A DNA stretch of 64,000 nucleotides from an uncultured virus (IMG/VR IMGVR_UViG_3300014073_000001) (lineage: Duplodnaviria; Heunggongvirae; Uroviricota; Caudoviricetes). The notes under the pieces are model-generated. The model worked only from the letters and a program-made list of their open reading frames with translations, was not told where the DNA came from and ran no database searches. Location of the stretch: the IMG/VR virus record IMGVR_UViG_3300014073_000001. One strand, 5' to 3'. Below, piece by piece: positions 10,585-21,850 of the stretch. A program made the position numbers and the translations under genes. Position 1 is the stretch's first letter. Each line of letters begins with the position of its first letter.

Positions 10585-11853
10585 ATGAACAAAAACCAAT
10601 TTGCTCAAGTTGAGCAAACATGCACATTTTGTAATAGGGAAGCAGATCCGGATAACAGCAGAATTCTGATTCAAAGTTTGGACGGCAAGTCTTCTATTTG
10701 TACAGAGTGCATTAAAGACTGTGCAATCATAGCAGCGCAGTACAAACCCAAGGCTGAAATCCTGACGTTGCTAACCGACGACTTTAAGCCTTCAACCGTA
10801 CGCAACTATCTTGAACAATACATAATTAATCAAGATCGCGCTAAAATGACCTTAGCAGTTGCAATTTATGATCATTATAAATATCTTACATACAAATCGC
10901 AGGCGAACTCGCCTATAGAAATTGAAAAATCAAATATTTTACTGGTCGGCCCCACTGGTAGCGGTAAAACAGCATTCGCCCGTCAGTTAGCCAAGATTCT
11001 TGATGTCCCTTTTGCTATGGCAGACGCTACAAATTTAACGCAAGCGGGATATGTTGGCGAGGACGTTGAAAACGTCATCCGATTGTTGGTGGAAAATGCT
11101 GACGGCAACATTGAAAAAGCAGAGCGTGGCATCATCTACATAGACGAAATCGATAAGCTATCCCGTAAAAGTGAGAACCTATCAATTACTCGCGATGTTG
11201 GCGGTGAAGGTGTACAACAGGCACTTCTCAAGATCATCGAAGGTTCTATTGTCGAGATTATCGAGAAAGGTCAACGAAAGCATCCGACTGCCCAGACCGC
11301 TAAGGTAAATACTGCCAACATTCTATTCATCGTAGGTGGTTCATTTGAAGGAATCGAGAAGCACATTGCTAAGCGCCAAAAAGCAAGCAAATCCCGATTA
11401 GGTTTCGGCAATGCCATCGCCCAAGAAGAAAAATCATTTAATAACTTAATCAATGATATCAAAGTTGAAGACCTGAAGAAATTCGGCATGTTGCCTGAAT
11501 TATTAGGCCGCCTCCCAATCTTATGTCCGCTGCAAGAGCTGGATGAAACAGCGCTGTTAAAGATACTGACTGAGCCTAAGAATGCTTTGGTAAAACAATT
11601 CCAGGAGTTGATGAGAATCGATAACGTTGAATTGGAATTTACCGAAGATGCACTTAAAGCGATCGCCAAAAAAGCAATTGAGAGAAAAACCGGGGCTCGT
11701 GCACTGCGTTCCATCTTGGAAGACACCATGCTGATACATAAGTACATGATCCCAGAATTAGAGAACGTAAGCAAAGCAATAATCACAGATCAGTGCGTCA
11801 ATAACGGTGCAGAACCAATCTACGAATACTCAGACAAAAAGAAACTTGCTTAA
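10585..11853 (+). CDS. clpX: ATP-dependent Clp protease ATP-binding subunit
   Basis: C4 zinc finger CTFC...CTEC, Walker [17 protein letters not shown], Walker [12 protein letters not shown] and LGF loops, TGARALRSI. Confidence 0.97.
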   Translation: MNKNQFAQVEQTCTFCNREADPDNSRILIQSLDGKSSICTECIKDCAIIAAQYKPKAEILTLLTDDFKPSTVRNYLEQYIINQDRAKMTLAVAIYDHYKYLTYKSQANSPIEIEKSNILLVGPTGSGKTAFARQLAKILDVPFAMADATNLTQAGYVGEDVENVIRLLVENADGNIEKAERGIIYIDEIDKLSRKSENLSITRDVGGEGVQQALLKIIEGSIVEIIEKGQRKHPTAQTAKVNTANILFIVGGSFEGIEKHIAKRQKASKSRLGFGNAIAQEEKSFNNLINDIKVEDLKKFGMLPELLGRLPILCPLQELDETALLKILTEPKNALVKQFQELMRIDNVELEFTEDALKAIAKKAIERKTGARALRSILEDTMLIHKYMIPELENVSKAIITDQCVNNGAEPIYEYSDKKKLA

Positions 11854-12523
11854 GGAGGTAAAAAACACTATGGCTACTACATATCTATGTTCGAAATGTA
11901 TATCTGCGTAACCAACAAAGCAAACAAATCCGCAAAGGCTATCACTGATTCAGGCCAAAAAGCGATGGCTTATACTACTATTGCCTGGCGTTGACTCAAC
12001 AGGTGGTATCGAAGCGGGCATTAAAACTAACAAAATCAAGGCTGAAGTAGCTCCTAATGTCGTCAGTATGTCCGAAACAATGGCAACCTGAAGAATAAGC
12101 ATTATAGCTAATGTAAAAGACAGCGAAACGGCTACCGCTAATTTGTTGACTGGTAGAAACCTCGCTGGTGCATAGACAAAAGGGCGTTCTATAATTTATA
12201 GACAAATAGATTAGAAGGTTATTTAAAAACTTCTTTCTTTGCTAACTTGAAACCTATCTTGCTAGCAATCATAATTATACCAGTTAGCAACTCTAATCAA
12301 CTCTTGATGCAGAAGTAATAATATGACTGATAAAGATGTAGCGTTTAGGAAAGCTTTTCATTATTGAAAACAGCTGTTTGCTGGTAACTTATACTTACCA
12401 TTAAGCCTGCTTTTTTTTGTCGAAAATAAGTTATGAAATGCTCGTAGAAAAGATTCACCGCAGAGAAGAGATAACCTAAATTCCGTTTTATTACTAATGA
12501 CAAAATTCAGGAGGATTCCTTAA

Positions 12524-13165
12524 ATGAAAGATAAAAATATTTTAAGAGTTTCTGGTATGGTGAATGTTGTTGAGAAATCCCATGAATCCCACGGTGAACA
12601 ATTCTATCGTATTATGCTTGATGTTATTCGTTTAAGTGAAAATATTGACATGGTTCCTGTAATCGTTTCGGAAAAGCTTCTGTTTAACAATGAAATTATA
12701 CCCGGCCAATTTATCACGGTTCAAGGCCAAATTCGGACTAAGAACTATAAAAATGGCTTGTCCAGAAGCAAGCTTTTAGTGTTTGGCTATGCCAGTGATG
12801 TTAATCACATTACCGAATACGAATTATTAGCAACTGAAATAAAAAATCAAATTCTTATGGAAGGCTATATCTGCAAACTCCCTACACACCGCCGAACCAA
12901 TACTGGCCGTATTATTACTGACCTGATGGTAGCTTGCAATCGTCAATATTCGAAGAGCGATTATATTCCTTGTATTACCTGGGGAATTAACGCAAAAATG
13001 GCTAAAAGCCTTCTTATCGGTGACAAAATCAGATTCACTGGCCGCTTCCAATCTCGTGAATATCGCCGTAAAACTGATGAAATCGGTGTAGTTAATACTG
13101 CTTATGAAGTATCCATTTCTGATCTTGAAATCCTTGTTGATGAAGGAATTATGCTGGGCCTGTGA
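12524..13165 (+). CDS. Clostridial-type tandem OB-fold single-stranded DNA-binding protein
   Basis: SHE.HGEQFY, RLSE..D..PV, GYICK, NRQYSKSDYIPCITWG, GRFQSREY motifs. Confidence 0.85.
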   Translation: MKDKNILRVSGMVNVVEKSHESHGEQFYRIMLDVIRLSENIDMVPVIVSEKLLFNNEIIPGQFITVQGQIRTKNYKNGLSRSKLLVFGYASDVNHITEYELLATEIKNQILMEGYICKLPTHRRTNTGRIITDLMVACNRQYSKSDYIPCITWGINAKMAKSLLIGDKIRFTGRFQSREYRRKTDEIGVVNTAYEVSISDLEILVDEGIMLGL

Positions 13166-13325
13166 GAGGAAAAAACTATACATAGCCGCCCCATAATACT
13201 TCTGACACTTACAAAACATTAGATATATTTCTTAAAGACGCACTTAATGGCGAAAATACTTCGATTGATATGTTGATCCGTATCGTTGAAGCACCAGACA
13301 GGAGACACCATCAGTAAGAATAAGG

Positions 13326-13682
13326 GTGATGTTGAAGATGTATAGTAATGATATAACGCAGATCCGAGCCGGCTTAGTCAACTATATCGGTGCCATGATT
13401 AAGGCGTCCGGATTAGAAGGCAGAGCTGCTAACCAATATGTGGCAGCCGCTCTCGTCGAAGAGGCTCTTAAGCTGACGCAGTTGGAAGATAACAGCCCTT
13501 GTGATTTATATGTGGCAAAACCCATTCTGCGGGCAAATATGTTCATTCTTAAACAACGGTGTTCTGAATTAAAGAAGTTGATAAACTCATTGGATGCTGA
13601 AGCCAAGATCGTGGTTGCCACGACAATAAAGCGATATGAAGAAATCGTTCAGACCTATGAGGTCATGTCTAAAGACTTATAG
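13326..13682 (+). CDS. Hypothetical protein
   Basis: 118-aa ORF with SD-like AAGGG; no recognised motif. Confidence 0.55.
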   Translation: MMLKMYSNDITQIRAGLVNYIGAMIKASGLEGRAANQYVAAALVEEALKLTQLEDNSPCDLYVAKPILRANMFILKQRCSELKKLINSLDAEAKIVVATTIKRYEEIVQTYEVMSKDL

Positions 13683-13692
13683 GGGTGATCAC

Positions 13693-13884
13693 ATGAAGGT
13701 TATTGCAAACATCCATATTCAGGCAAGCTTAACATCGCAAGAATATAAAGACTTAATTAATAGCGTTGACAGGGTATATGCGTTCTACCTGCTTCACTTA
13801 CCGCATAACCTGGAATCTGTGGCTCCGCTCCTGGCATTTAAAAATGCCCTGGTGCTAAGCGCACAGGAGGTTGCCCAAGTTTAA
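13693..13884 (+). CDS. Hypothetical small protein
   Basis: AGGGGTG SD then ATG (MKVIANIH...), directly after the previous ORF. Confidence 0.5.
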   Translation: MKVIANIHIQASLTSQEYKDLINSVDRVYAFYLLHLPHNLESVAPLLAFKNALVLSAQEVAQV

Positions 13885-14459
13885 GCACCGTAATAGCAAG
13901 AAACAGATCTTGCTACCGCGCTCAGAAGGTTGCCTAATGTTGTGCCAGGCGAAACAATGTTAGAGTTAGCATCTGACAAGTATCATAATGTTGAATGGAA
14001 AATGCATTTAATTGCTGAAACAGGCTGGCTTAAAAGTTATACTGATAACTATTAGTAATGTAAGATGGCCATTCACTATAATTAAATATGTCATGAATGA
14101 AGGATAGTTCCATACACTTTATTGCGTATAGAACTATCCCCGTTTTTAGTATCTCTGAACTGCATAATTTGTTAGATTTGTTAGCTTTGCTATGCAGTAT
14201 AAATTTTAGGATTGAATAGCAAGAATTGAGCACTTGAAAGGCGTCACCTTCTTGGCTGGGCCAACTGTGCTTGAAGAAATTCAAGCCAGAGACAGTATGC
14301 TCTTGGAAACACTAACTAGTTCAAGGCCACTGCAAAATTCGTTCCCGATATAACTTCCCAAATGGCTGCTATAACCATTTGAAGTATAAAAGCGATATGT
14401 TTATCACAAATTTATCAGGGTTGACAGGTCCTAAGCCTAAGTCCGGTGAGAAGCAAATT

Positions 14460-15344
14460 TAACATGGCGATATTGCAGTCTATTGGATTGGAGTTCTTAT
14501 TTCTCACGCTACCGAAGAATATTTCCTGAAAAATGCTGTCAAATAAACAATCGTTGGAGGTTTTCCATTTTACGCTAGAAAAGAGATAAAAAGACATTAT
14601 GGAATACCTGCGATTAATTTACAATTCCCAAGATATACAAGGCTTTGAACGTATTATCAATACCCAAAAACGTGGCACCGGAGACAAATAGCAAGAACAT
14701 ATGTTTGATTGCGCTGAAGATGCAAACCATGCTAATATAAATGATATACACATGTTAACGAATGCGTGTAAAGATGCAACATTAAAAGGAGCTGCTAAGA
14801 AGGAAATAAATCAATTCGTAGCAATAATTCAACATCTGAATGAGTTCATCCTTAAAAAATAATGCGACGCCGTCGAGGGCAATTAAAGAAATTGTTCGCG
14901 TTCTAGGTACAATGACTATCTCATTACTAAAAAGGACGCGGAAGAGAAAATCGCTAACGTCGCAGAGCTTGCTGAAATAGCAGCACCGTATGACACGCTC
15001 GAAAACTTCATCTGTAACATGGCTTTTAACAACGTAAACCGACGATACGGAGGAAGGCGAGGAAGACAAGTCCAGTTGTTGACCATGTATAGTTGTAACG
15101 GCTTCAGAATTTCCGATTGTTATTATGTTGGCGGAAATGAAGTATAGTTCCTCACTATAATGCCGATACTGCTAAATGCATCAATGAAGAGCGGAGACTG
15201 TGGTATGTCGCGATGACGCGGGCCAAAGAGCTATTGTTCTTGCTTAGGTCGAGAATAATGCCGATGAATGGTGTGCCCACTTACTGTTAAGAGTCACGTT
15301 TCATTCAGGAAATCGAGCCGGAGTACATTGCAAAGATAATTTAG
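14460..15344 (+). pseudogene. Degraded PcrA/UvrD-family helicase (C-terminal half)
   Basis: IVGGFPFYARKEIKDIMEYLRLIYN..D...FERIINTQKRG, VQLLTM...EFPIV, EERRLWYVAMTRAKELLFL and SRFIQEI, broken by stops and frameshifts; absent from the ORF track. Confidence 0.85.
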
Positions 15345-15374
15345 CTTTGCACACGCAACACGGGAGGGGACTAT

Positions 15375-16673
15375 ATGGTTTCAAGACCCTTTAAAGATGA
15401 AACGGAAATGGTGATTGCCCATATCCGAAAGCACACTGCAGGTAAAAATGAATGGATTCCTATTGCAATGAGAGATTTACCAAAGTTGTTTGGCATTAGT
15501 CAAATTTATTTTGGTAAACTTATGGGACGACTCAAAGAGCACCCTAATCTTTTATACGAATATGATGAGCATTTTGCAAGTAGACACAAACCATATCAAT
15601 TTCGCTGGACAGATAATGTTCAGGAAAAAATCAGAGTCGGTTTGACGAAGAAGCAGTTTTATTGGCTTTCAGAGGAAGAAATTGACTACATAAAAAATAC
15701 ATCGGCGACAGACCAGTATGCAAAACTATCAAAGATCCTCCAGACATGCAATCTCTTAGCCGGTGAAGGCGGAAGAGAATGGTGGGTGCCTATTAATACA
15801 AAAGAACTATCTGATGTCACAGTTTCTACTGTTAAAGAAACTGAGCGTCGAATTATCTTCCTTATGAGTAAAAACCTGTTAATAAAAGCAAAATATCATA
15901 ATTATTATCATTTAGCACTTGACCCGGATCACTTATCAAATATAATTATGGAATCCGAGCAAGAAACAATCAGGGTAAAACCTAAAATAGAACGCAAAAA
16001 ACGTAAGCCAGAACTGCATGTAGTTAACAACTTCCCTATAGATGACGTAACATTAACCGCCTCAGAGTCGTTAGTCCCGGAAGTTTTTGTCGAATTCAGG
16101 CCAAAAGACCTAGACAAAACCCCTGAGTTTGATGTAAAATCTATTCAAGAGGAACAGCTGGAGCATAAGTTTGCAAATGATGCACACACTGGTGTAAGTT
16201 CATTATTGAATAATGTGTTAGCAACTAAACAGTCGGCACTATCTGTAGTACAAGATATTCAGGCGTTGTTTACACAAATAAGTGAACTTCAAAAGCAGGA
16301 AGAGGCGAACAAACAAAGCTACGAAGCATTCCTTAAACTCGGTTCCGAATACGACATAGTACGTACGGAAAATGAGGCGTTGAAAGAGAAGTTGCATGCA
16401 TACGAAACAAAACTTTCTCAGTTTGATCGAGAAATCAAGCTGCTTTGCGAGTATAACGAAGCATTTTTGGGTAATGCCCAGGCTCGTATGGATGTTTTGT
16501 TAGGTATTATCTCTGGTTATTTGGACGAGTATGTTTTACGACCCAAATATGAAAAATCCGACGAGCTGATTAATGCTCGGCTAAAGAAAAACATTTGGGC
16601 TGCGGTCGAAAGCACGTCTAGCGAAATTACTAATTTCAAGCCAGAGAGTAAACTGCCGCCCAACATGCGGTGA
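15375..16673 (+). CDS. Hypothetical protein, possible N-terminal wHTH and C-terminal coiled coil
   Basis: 432-aa ORF with SD GGGAGG; heptad-rich C-terminus; terminator-like hairpin at about 16702-16731. Confidence 0.6.
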   Translation: MVSRPFKDETEMVIAHIRKHTAGKNEWIPIAMRDLPKLFGISQIYFGKLMGRLKEHPNLLYEYDEHFASRHKPYQFRWTDNVQEKIRVGLTKKQFYWLSEEEIDYIKNTSATDQYAKLSKILQTCNLLAGEGGREWWVPINTKELSDVTVSTVKETERRIIFLMSKNLLIKAKYHNYYHLALDPDHLSNIIMESEQETIRVKPKIERKKRKPELHVVNNFPIDDVTLTASESLVPEVFVEFRPKDLDKTPEFDVKSIQEEQLEHKFANDAHTGVSSLLNNVLATKQSALSVVQDIQALFTQISELQKQEEANKQSYEAFLKLGSEYDIVRTENEALKEKLHAYETKLSQFDREIKLLCEYNEAFLGNAQARMDVLLGIISGYLDEYVLRPKYEKSDELINARLKKNIWAAVESTSSEITNFKPESKLPPNMR

Positions 16674-16836
16674 CTTGCAAACCTCTTCATTGATGATGGT
16701 CAAAAAACCACCACTATGGAGAGGTTTTTTTGTAAGTATGCACGATCTAATGGGATGCTATGTTAACAAGCTAAAGGATTTTCCAATTAGCAAGGATGCT
16801 AATAAATTTTGGAACATGGAAGGGGCTCGGGCAGCT

Positions 16837-17361
16837 ATGACATCCAAAAGAGACATTCTGGAAATCGATAGTATATTCGCTCAAAGGGAGGCTTTAATGC
16901 AGCGAGTGCTTAAAGAACCCGCATTAGCAAACTCAACTGCGTTGAACGCTACACTAGTTGATTTAGTACATAAGTATATTGATGCTCAAGATACTGAAAC
17001 TCAAATGATTTATCTTTATTACTTATTGGGTAAGGACTTTGAAGAAAGCGCGCATATATTGAATATTCCTGAAAGTAGAGCACTTCGCTATTTTTATACA
17101 TTCATCTCAAGGTTTAACCGGTTTATTGCTAACCAGCTGAAACAAGGTAATATTGATGTGGATATGATGTATAATTATATTAAACAATTGCGGAGCCCGA
17201 AAATGGATGATCGTCAGATTGCTAACTTGAATGATGAAAACATGTTAACAACAAAGATTATGAGGCATTTTCTGACACACGCAAGAGTAATTCCACAATT
17301 CATTGTCGCCTTGCTAACCATGGATTCATTTAATTTAATTACTTTCATTAACCTCATTTAA
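16837..17361 (+). CDS. Hypothetical protein with possible sigma region-4-like HTH
   Basis: YYLLGKDFEESAHILNIPESRA resembles a region-4 HTH; start uncertain. Confidence 0.45.
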   Translation: MTSKRDILEIDSIFAQREALMQRVLKEPALANSTALNATLVDLVHKYIDAQDTETQMIYLYYLLGKDFEESAHILNIPESRALRYFYTFISRFNRFIANQLKQGNIDVDMMYNYIKQLRSPKMDDRQIANLNDENMLTTKIMRHFLTHARVIPQFIVALLTMDSFNLITFINLI

Positions 17362-17482
17362 AACACTTTCAGTTAGTTTACTTCGATCATTTAACATAGC
17401 TACTCTGTTGGCATACAGTTCTGTTTGGTATATAATATACTTACTAACTTTTGCATATAATATACGGGAAGGAGGCTATAGG

Positions 17483-19342
17483 TTGATCAAGGTTGAAAAA
17501 ATTACCAATGCTGCTAATGATTATATATATGCCGTAACTTTTGCTGGTACTAAGAAACAGTTTAATACATATATGAAATTTGTTGGCGGTATTATGGATA
17601 AAAAGTATGATTTTACACGAACAGCATGGTTATTTAAAGAACATCAATATAAGATATTGCAAGCTCTAATTGATGAATCTATGCAAAAAAAAGATGCAGA
17701 TCCAATAATTTTCGCTACGAGCAAAGTCATAACTGATTATAAAGACATTGGCAAAAGTATGAAGCTGCAGCCGTATCCGTATCAGCAAGAAACTATTAAG
17801 TTTGGCTTAGATAATAGGTGTGCTCTTCTCGTTCTGCCGTGCGGAGCTGGTAAAACCCCAATCGGTCTAGGGCTTTATACTGAAGGCATTGAGCGCGGAA
17901 TGATCGAAGGGCCTGGAGTTATCGTCGTCAAAGCATCCTTGAAAACACAGTGGGCTAAAGAGACTGAGAAATTCACTCACTTTAAGCCAATAATCATTCA
18001 GACTTCAAAAGATATTACGGCATCTACCAGAGCTAAGATAGCACGCCGTGAGGCACGTATCAAACAATTGACCCAATCAATTGGCAACGGTGAAATTATC
18101 TCTCAGCTCGAACGCGAAATTATCGAATTGAGAAAAGAAGCCAAGCAACTATTCAAGGCACAGTTTAAAGGCGCGGACTTGCTAATAATAAACTACGAAA
18201 CATTAAATGATGTTAAAGTCCGATCTGAATTGCATCGAATAAAGCCGCAGTTCTTATTTGTCGATGAAATCCACTACGCAAAAGGTGCTGATACAGATCG
18301 TTCTAAGTCTCTGTGTGAATTTGCAGAGACGAAGATGAAAGCAGGCGCCACCGCCACTCCAATTCAACGTGATCCACGAGATATCTATGGTATCTTCAAG
18401 TTTATTAATCCTATTGTCTTTCCTAAGAAGGACGACTTTGAGCGTATTTTTCTCAAGTGGGCTGGACGCAGACGCGTAGTAGGTGGTAAAAATGAGAAAC
18501 TGTTAAACCAGAAAATCTCACCGTATATGATTGTCAAAAGCAAAGAAGAAGTCTCGAAACAATTACCAAGCATAGTAGTCATGCAACGATATTGCGATCT
18601 TGAACCGGCTCAAATTGAAATGACTGAACGCCTAATGGAAGAAATTGAAGAATTTAAGAAGAAAGAAGAGAACTTATCTGCTGGCATGACTGATATGCAA
18701 GCTGTACATGATCCTGAGATTCTAAAACTTCAAGCTAATATATTAGCCCGCCAAACGTTTGCTCAGGAACTGGCCGTTTCCGAAGAATTACTAAAACTTA
18801 GCCAATCTCAAATGGCTAAGAATTACATAACTGGTTCTAACGATAACAAGATGGACGTGCTCATTGATCTTCTGGAAGAAATTTTGGAGTCTGGTGAGAA
18901 GGCCTGCGTTTTTAGTCGCTTTGCTAAGATGCAGGAAATCATTACCGCTCGAATCATGAAGGAAGCTAAACGCTTTGATAGCGTTTTTAAAGGCATAAAG
19001 ATTGCCTATGTTAACGGTACGCTTGATGATAAGCGCCGTCACGTTGAGGTCTATGAGAAATTTAGAGATACCGATGAATACAAACTCTTATTAATGTCGG
19101 ATGCTGGCGCAGAAGGAGTCAATCTTTCTAAGTGCAAGTATGTAATAGAAATGGAACCGGCCGAATCATTCGCCATCCAGACACAGCGTCTGGGGCGCGT
19201 TGAGCGTGCCGATAGCGTCCATGATACCGTATTTGCTTACCAGCTTATTGCAAACGACAGCTGGGACGAAGTAGCCGTACGCATAGTTGCGAAAAAAGAG
19301 AAATATGACTCAAATCTGATTGGAGCATCAGGAGGTATTTAA
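17483..19342 (+). CDS. SNF2/DEAD-like superfamily 2 helicase
   Basis: LPCGAGKT, FVDEIH, ATATP, AGAEGVNL, QRLGRVER motifs; TTG start after AAGGAGG. Confidence 0.9.
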   Translation: MIKVEKITNAANDYIYAVTFAGTKKQFNTYMKFVGGIMDKKYDFTRTAWLFKEHQYKILQALIDESMQKKDADPIIFATSKVITDYKDIGKSMKLQPYPYQQETIKFGLDNRCALLVLPCGAGKTPIGLGLYTEGIERGMIEGPGVIVVKASLKTQWAKETEKFTHFKPIIIQTSKDITASTRAKIARREARIKQLTQSIGNGEIISQLEREIIELRKEAKQLFKAQFKGADLLIINYETLNDVKVRSELHRIKPQFLFVDEIHYAKGADTDRSKSLCEFAETKMKAGATATPIQRDPRDIYGIFKFINPIVFPKKDDFERIFLKWAGRRRVVGGKNEKLLNQKISPYMIVKSKEEVSKQLPSIVVMQRYCDLEPAQIEMTERLMEEIEEFKKKEENLSAGMTDMQAVHDPEILKLQANILARQTFAQELAVSEELLKLSQSQMAKNYITGSNDNKMDVLIDLLEEILESGEKACVFSRFAKMQEIITARIMKEAKRFDSVFKGIKIAYVNGTLDDKRRHVEVYEKFRDTDEYKLLLMSDAGAEGVNLSKCKYVIEMEPAESFAIQTQRLGRVERADSVHDTVFAYQLIANDSWDEVAVRIVAKKEKYDSNLIGASGGI

Positions 19343-19512
19343 CGTGAAGCTATTCAATTGGCTTAAGAAGCTATGTGGTGTCAAACAAGCGGGATATAAA
19401 CAAATTACTAATACCCGCTTTCATATAGCCCTGCATATTTAAGCTATACTAATACGTTAGATAAAAAATAAAAAATCGCAAATTGGCTTAAGGGAATATT
19501 TTATGGAGAAAT

Positions 19513-19553
19513 GAAGAGCGTCAATGCCGTCATCATCAGCATTGACGCTCTTC
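19513..19553. terminator. 15-bp-stem hairpin, probable terminator
   Basis: GAAGAGCGTCAATGC-11 nt-GCATTGACGCTCTTC downstream of the helicase. Confidence 0.5.
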
Positions 19554-20377
19554 TCTTAGTTAATTTGCTAACTCAATAAGTTGCTACAGTTAGCAAGTCG
19601 GTTATTATATAAGGAGAGCTCAAATCCGATGCTAGCCAGTATTACACTTAACAGTAAAGATCCACTGCATCCTTACAATGCAATTGCACGCTTATGCCCT
19701 TAGATGCGGCCACAGAAGTTTAAATTGCACATCATATGTAATTTGATGCGGCCTATAAAAGGATTTCAGACACAATGTCTTGCATAATTGGTTGACGTCC
19801 AATCTTGTTAAAAGCTTACGCGATGTAACTAAATTCAAAATTCGTCTAACCAACGGTTTATTCGAGCCAATGATATGGTTAAAAACAAAGTAATCCGAGA
19901 GAATAAGATAAATTATTATGTTGTCGACAATTTATGGGAGCCATTGTTTATTATTCAATTTTTTCATAATGTATCTATCCATTTTCGTACAAAACATATC
20001 GTATTCTTAACGGAACACGATTTTATATACCAATACGCACACAAGTTGGTATACACTACTAAACACTAAAATACGTCTGATAACTACGAAGCTGCAGGTC
20101 GCTATGAGCATCGAAGACAAATTCTCCAAAGAGGGATTAAATGCAATATCCAACAACGAGGATCTACTTACTCACATCGACGATAGTATCGTTGAAGGCA
20201 TTCTGTCGATAGTCGAAGACTACTAGTTCTCGTGAAGATCACGTTGACGCCCGGGCAGCAGCCCGTATTCTATCTTTACTCATGATTTCAAGAAGGCTAA
20301 AGTCAGGGAAACGCACTTATTGGTCAGAGAATTGTTCCACATTCCTTCCCAAATGGCTAATTTTACTAAGAAAATGA

Positions 20378-20420
20378 CTACCACATTGCGTCACTACCGG
20401 TTTCTGACGCAGTTTAGTAG
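20378..20420. repeat. Two oppositely oriented iteron copies at the 3' end of rep
   Basis: CTACCACATTGCGTCA (20378) and TGACGCAGTTTAGTAG (20405) match the origin iteron consensus. Confidence 0.75.
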
Positions 20421-20421
20421 C

Positions 20422-21783
20422 CTAACTTTCTAGTAAATGCCCATATGATTGCAGTAGTTTGTCTTTAGCCGGACCATCTTGTAGCATGGAGAGTGCTTCT
20501 AATACAGTCTCCTTGGTAATTGATGCGGAAGCTTTAGCTGACACCACTAATTTCTCGGTCGTTGTTGCCGCAGCTTCTTTATGTGTGGCGAGTGTTTCCA
20601 AGAACGCATCGTACCCGCCTGTGCTATTAATAGCCTGGAGCTGGCGATCAAGTTCTTCTCGCATTTCCTTTTCTATCTTTGATGCCCTTACTTTGGCAGC
20701 GCGTTTCTTCTTAACTTCCGCAAATTGTACATTAGCCCACTGCTGACCATAATCACGTTCAATGGATCGATAAGTGTAAGACGGATAATGATTGACCTTC
20801 TTCATGCTTTTAACATATTCGATAGCGTAAAAGATACGTGTATCGTCATACTGCTTTAAAAGTGTATTAACTATATGCTCGTCCATGTTGAAGGGTTTCT
20901 CAAGCATTGTCTTTCTTAGTTCATCCTTGCTAGGGATGGCAATAAATTCCGTATCAAACAGAGTAATTTGGCCATCATTCATGATGGTTTCAAGTTCTTG
21001 GTATTCCCGCTTAGGCGAATCAACGCCTTCCTTGAGGGAAATCCAGAAATCATAGGCTACTATTTTGCGTCCGTCGTAGATCGGTTCATATTTTACGTTC
21101 AGCTCTGTAAAGTCATTAATGTCATCAATAGCCGGGAATAAGCAGCGCTGATTGAATGATGAGATTGCTTTGTGTTTACCGTCTAGGCGCCACATATTGC
21201 GCATGAATTCCACTGTGACTCTAAATGGCATCGCCACGTCACAGTTCCACAGAAAAAGGGAATATAATTCTGGTGTATAGTCACAGGTGAACCTTGCAGG
21301 CCCGCCATATATGGCGTAAACCTTGGCATTTCGCCTGGCAATCGAAGTAAAGTATGGTACTAGATCTGGATCGAGACGTACACGTACGTCACCGACCCCG
21401 TCTATGTATTTAAAGTTTACGACCCAGCGGCCACGCAAGGTACCGTCTGGTTCAGGAATCGAAACCTTGTAGTCCATAACGCGGTTCATACAATCTTTAA
21501 CTTTCTGCTGACACTTGTTGGGCGATATGCCCATAGCTTTAGCTATACTTCGACTTGGGATCAAATAGACATATTGATCTGTATCAGTTGGTACGATTAC
21601 AGACAATACGCCTTGGATCACTTTCCAGTCACCAAGAAGTGGCCTTGGTTCCGTGTTGGCGAACAGCATGGCTGGAGAAAGCGGATATTTTCTCTCGGGA
21701 TCAACGTCCCGTTTAACCGCAATTTCGTTTCTCTTGTGAAATTGTAATCTCTTTTCTTCTGTCAGATTTAACTCATCATCCAT
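20422..21783 (-). CDS. Plasmid replication initiator (Rep_3/RepB family)
   Basis: F.C.YT..LY, LRNMW-like, FNQRCLFPAIDDINDFTELNVKYEPIYDGRKIVAYDF C-terminal wHTH signature; SD GGAGGTG before ATG 21783; flanked by iterons. Confidence 0.85.
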   Translation of the reverse strand: MDDELNLTEEKRLQFHKRNEIAVKRDVDPERKYPLSPAMLFANTEPRPLLGDWKVIQGVLSVIVPTDTDQYVYLIPSRSIAKAMGISPNKCQQKVKDCMNRVMDYKVSIPEPDGTLRGRWVVNFKYIDGVGDVRVRLDPDLVPYFTSIARRNAKVYAIYGGPARFTCDYTPELYSLFLWNCDVAMPFRVTVEFMRNMWRLDGKHKAISSFNQRCLFPAIDDINDFTELNVKYEPIYDGRKIVAYDFWISLKEGVDSPKREYQELETIMNDGQITLFDTEFIAIPSKDELRKTMLEKPFNMDEHIVNTLLKQYDDTRIFYAIEYVKSMKKVNHYPSYTYRSIERDYGQQWANVQFAEVKKKRAAKVRASKIEKEMREELDRQLQAINSTGGYDAFLETLATHKEAAATTTEKLVVSAKASASITKETVLEALSMLQDGPAKDKLLQSYGHLLES

Positions 21784-21850
21784 ACTGTCACCTCCCTTTT
21801 CCAAAATCTACAACGTCATCATATCACAAGGCCAAAAATAAATGCAATAG

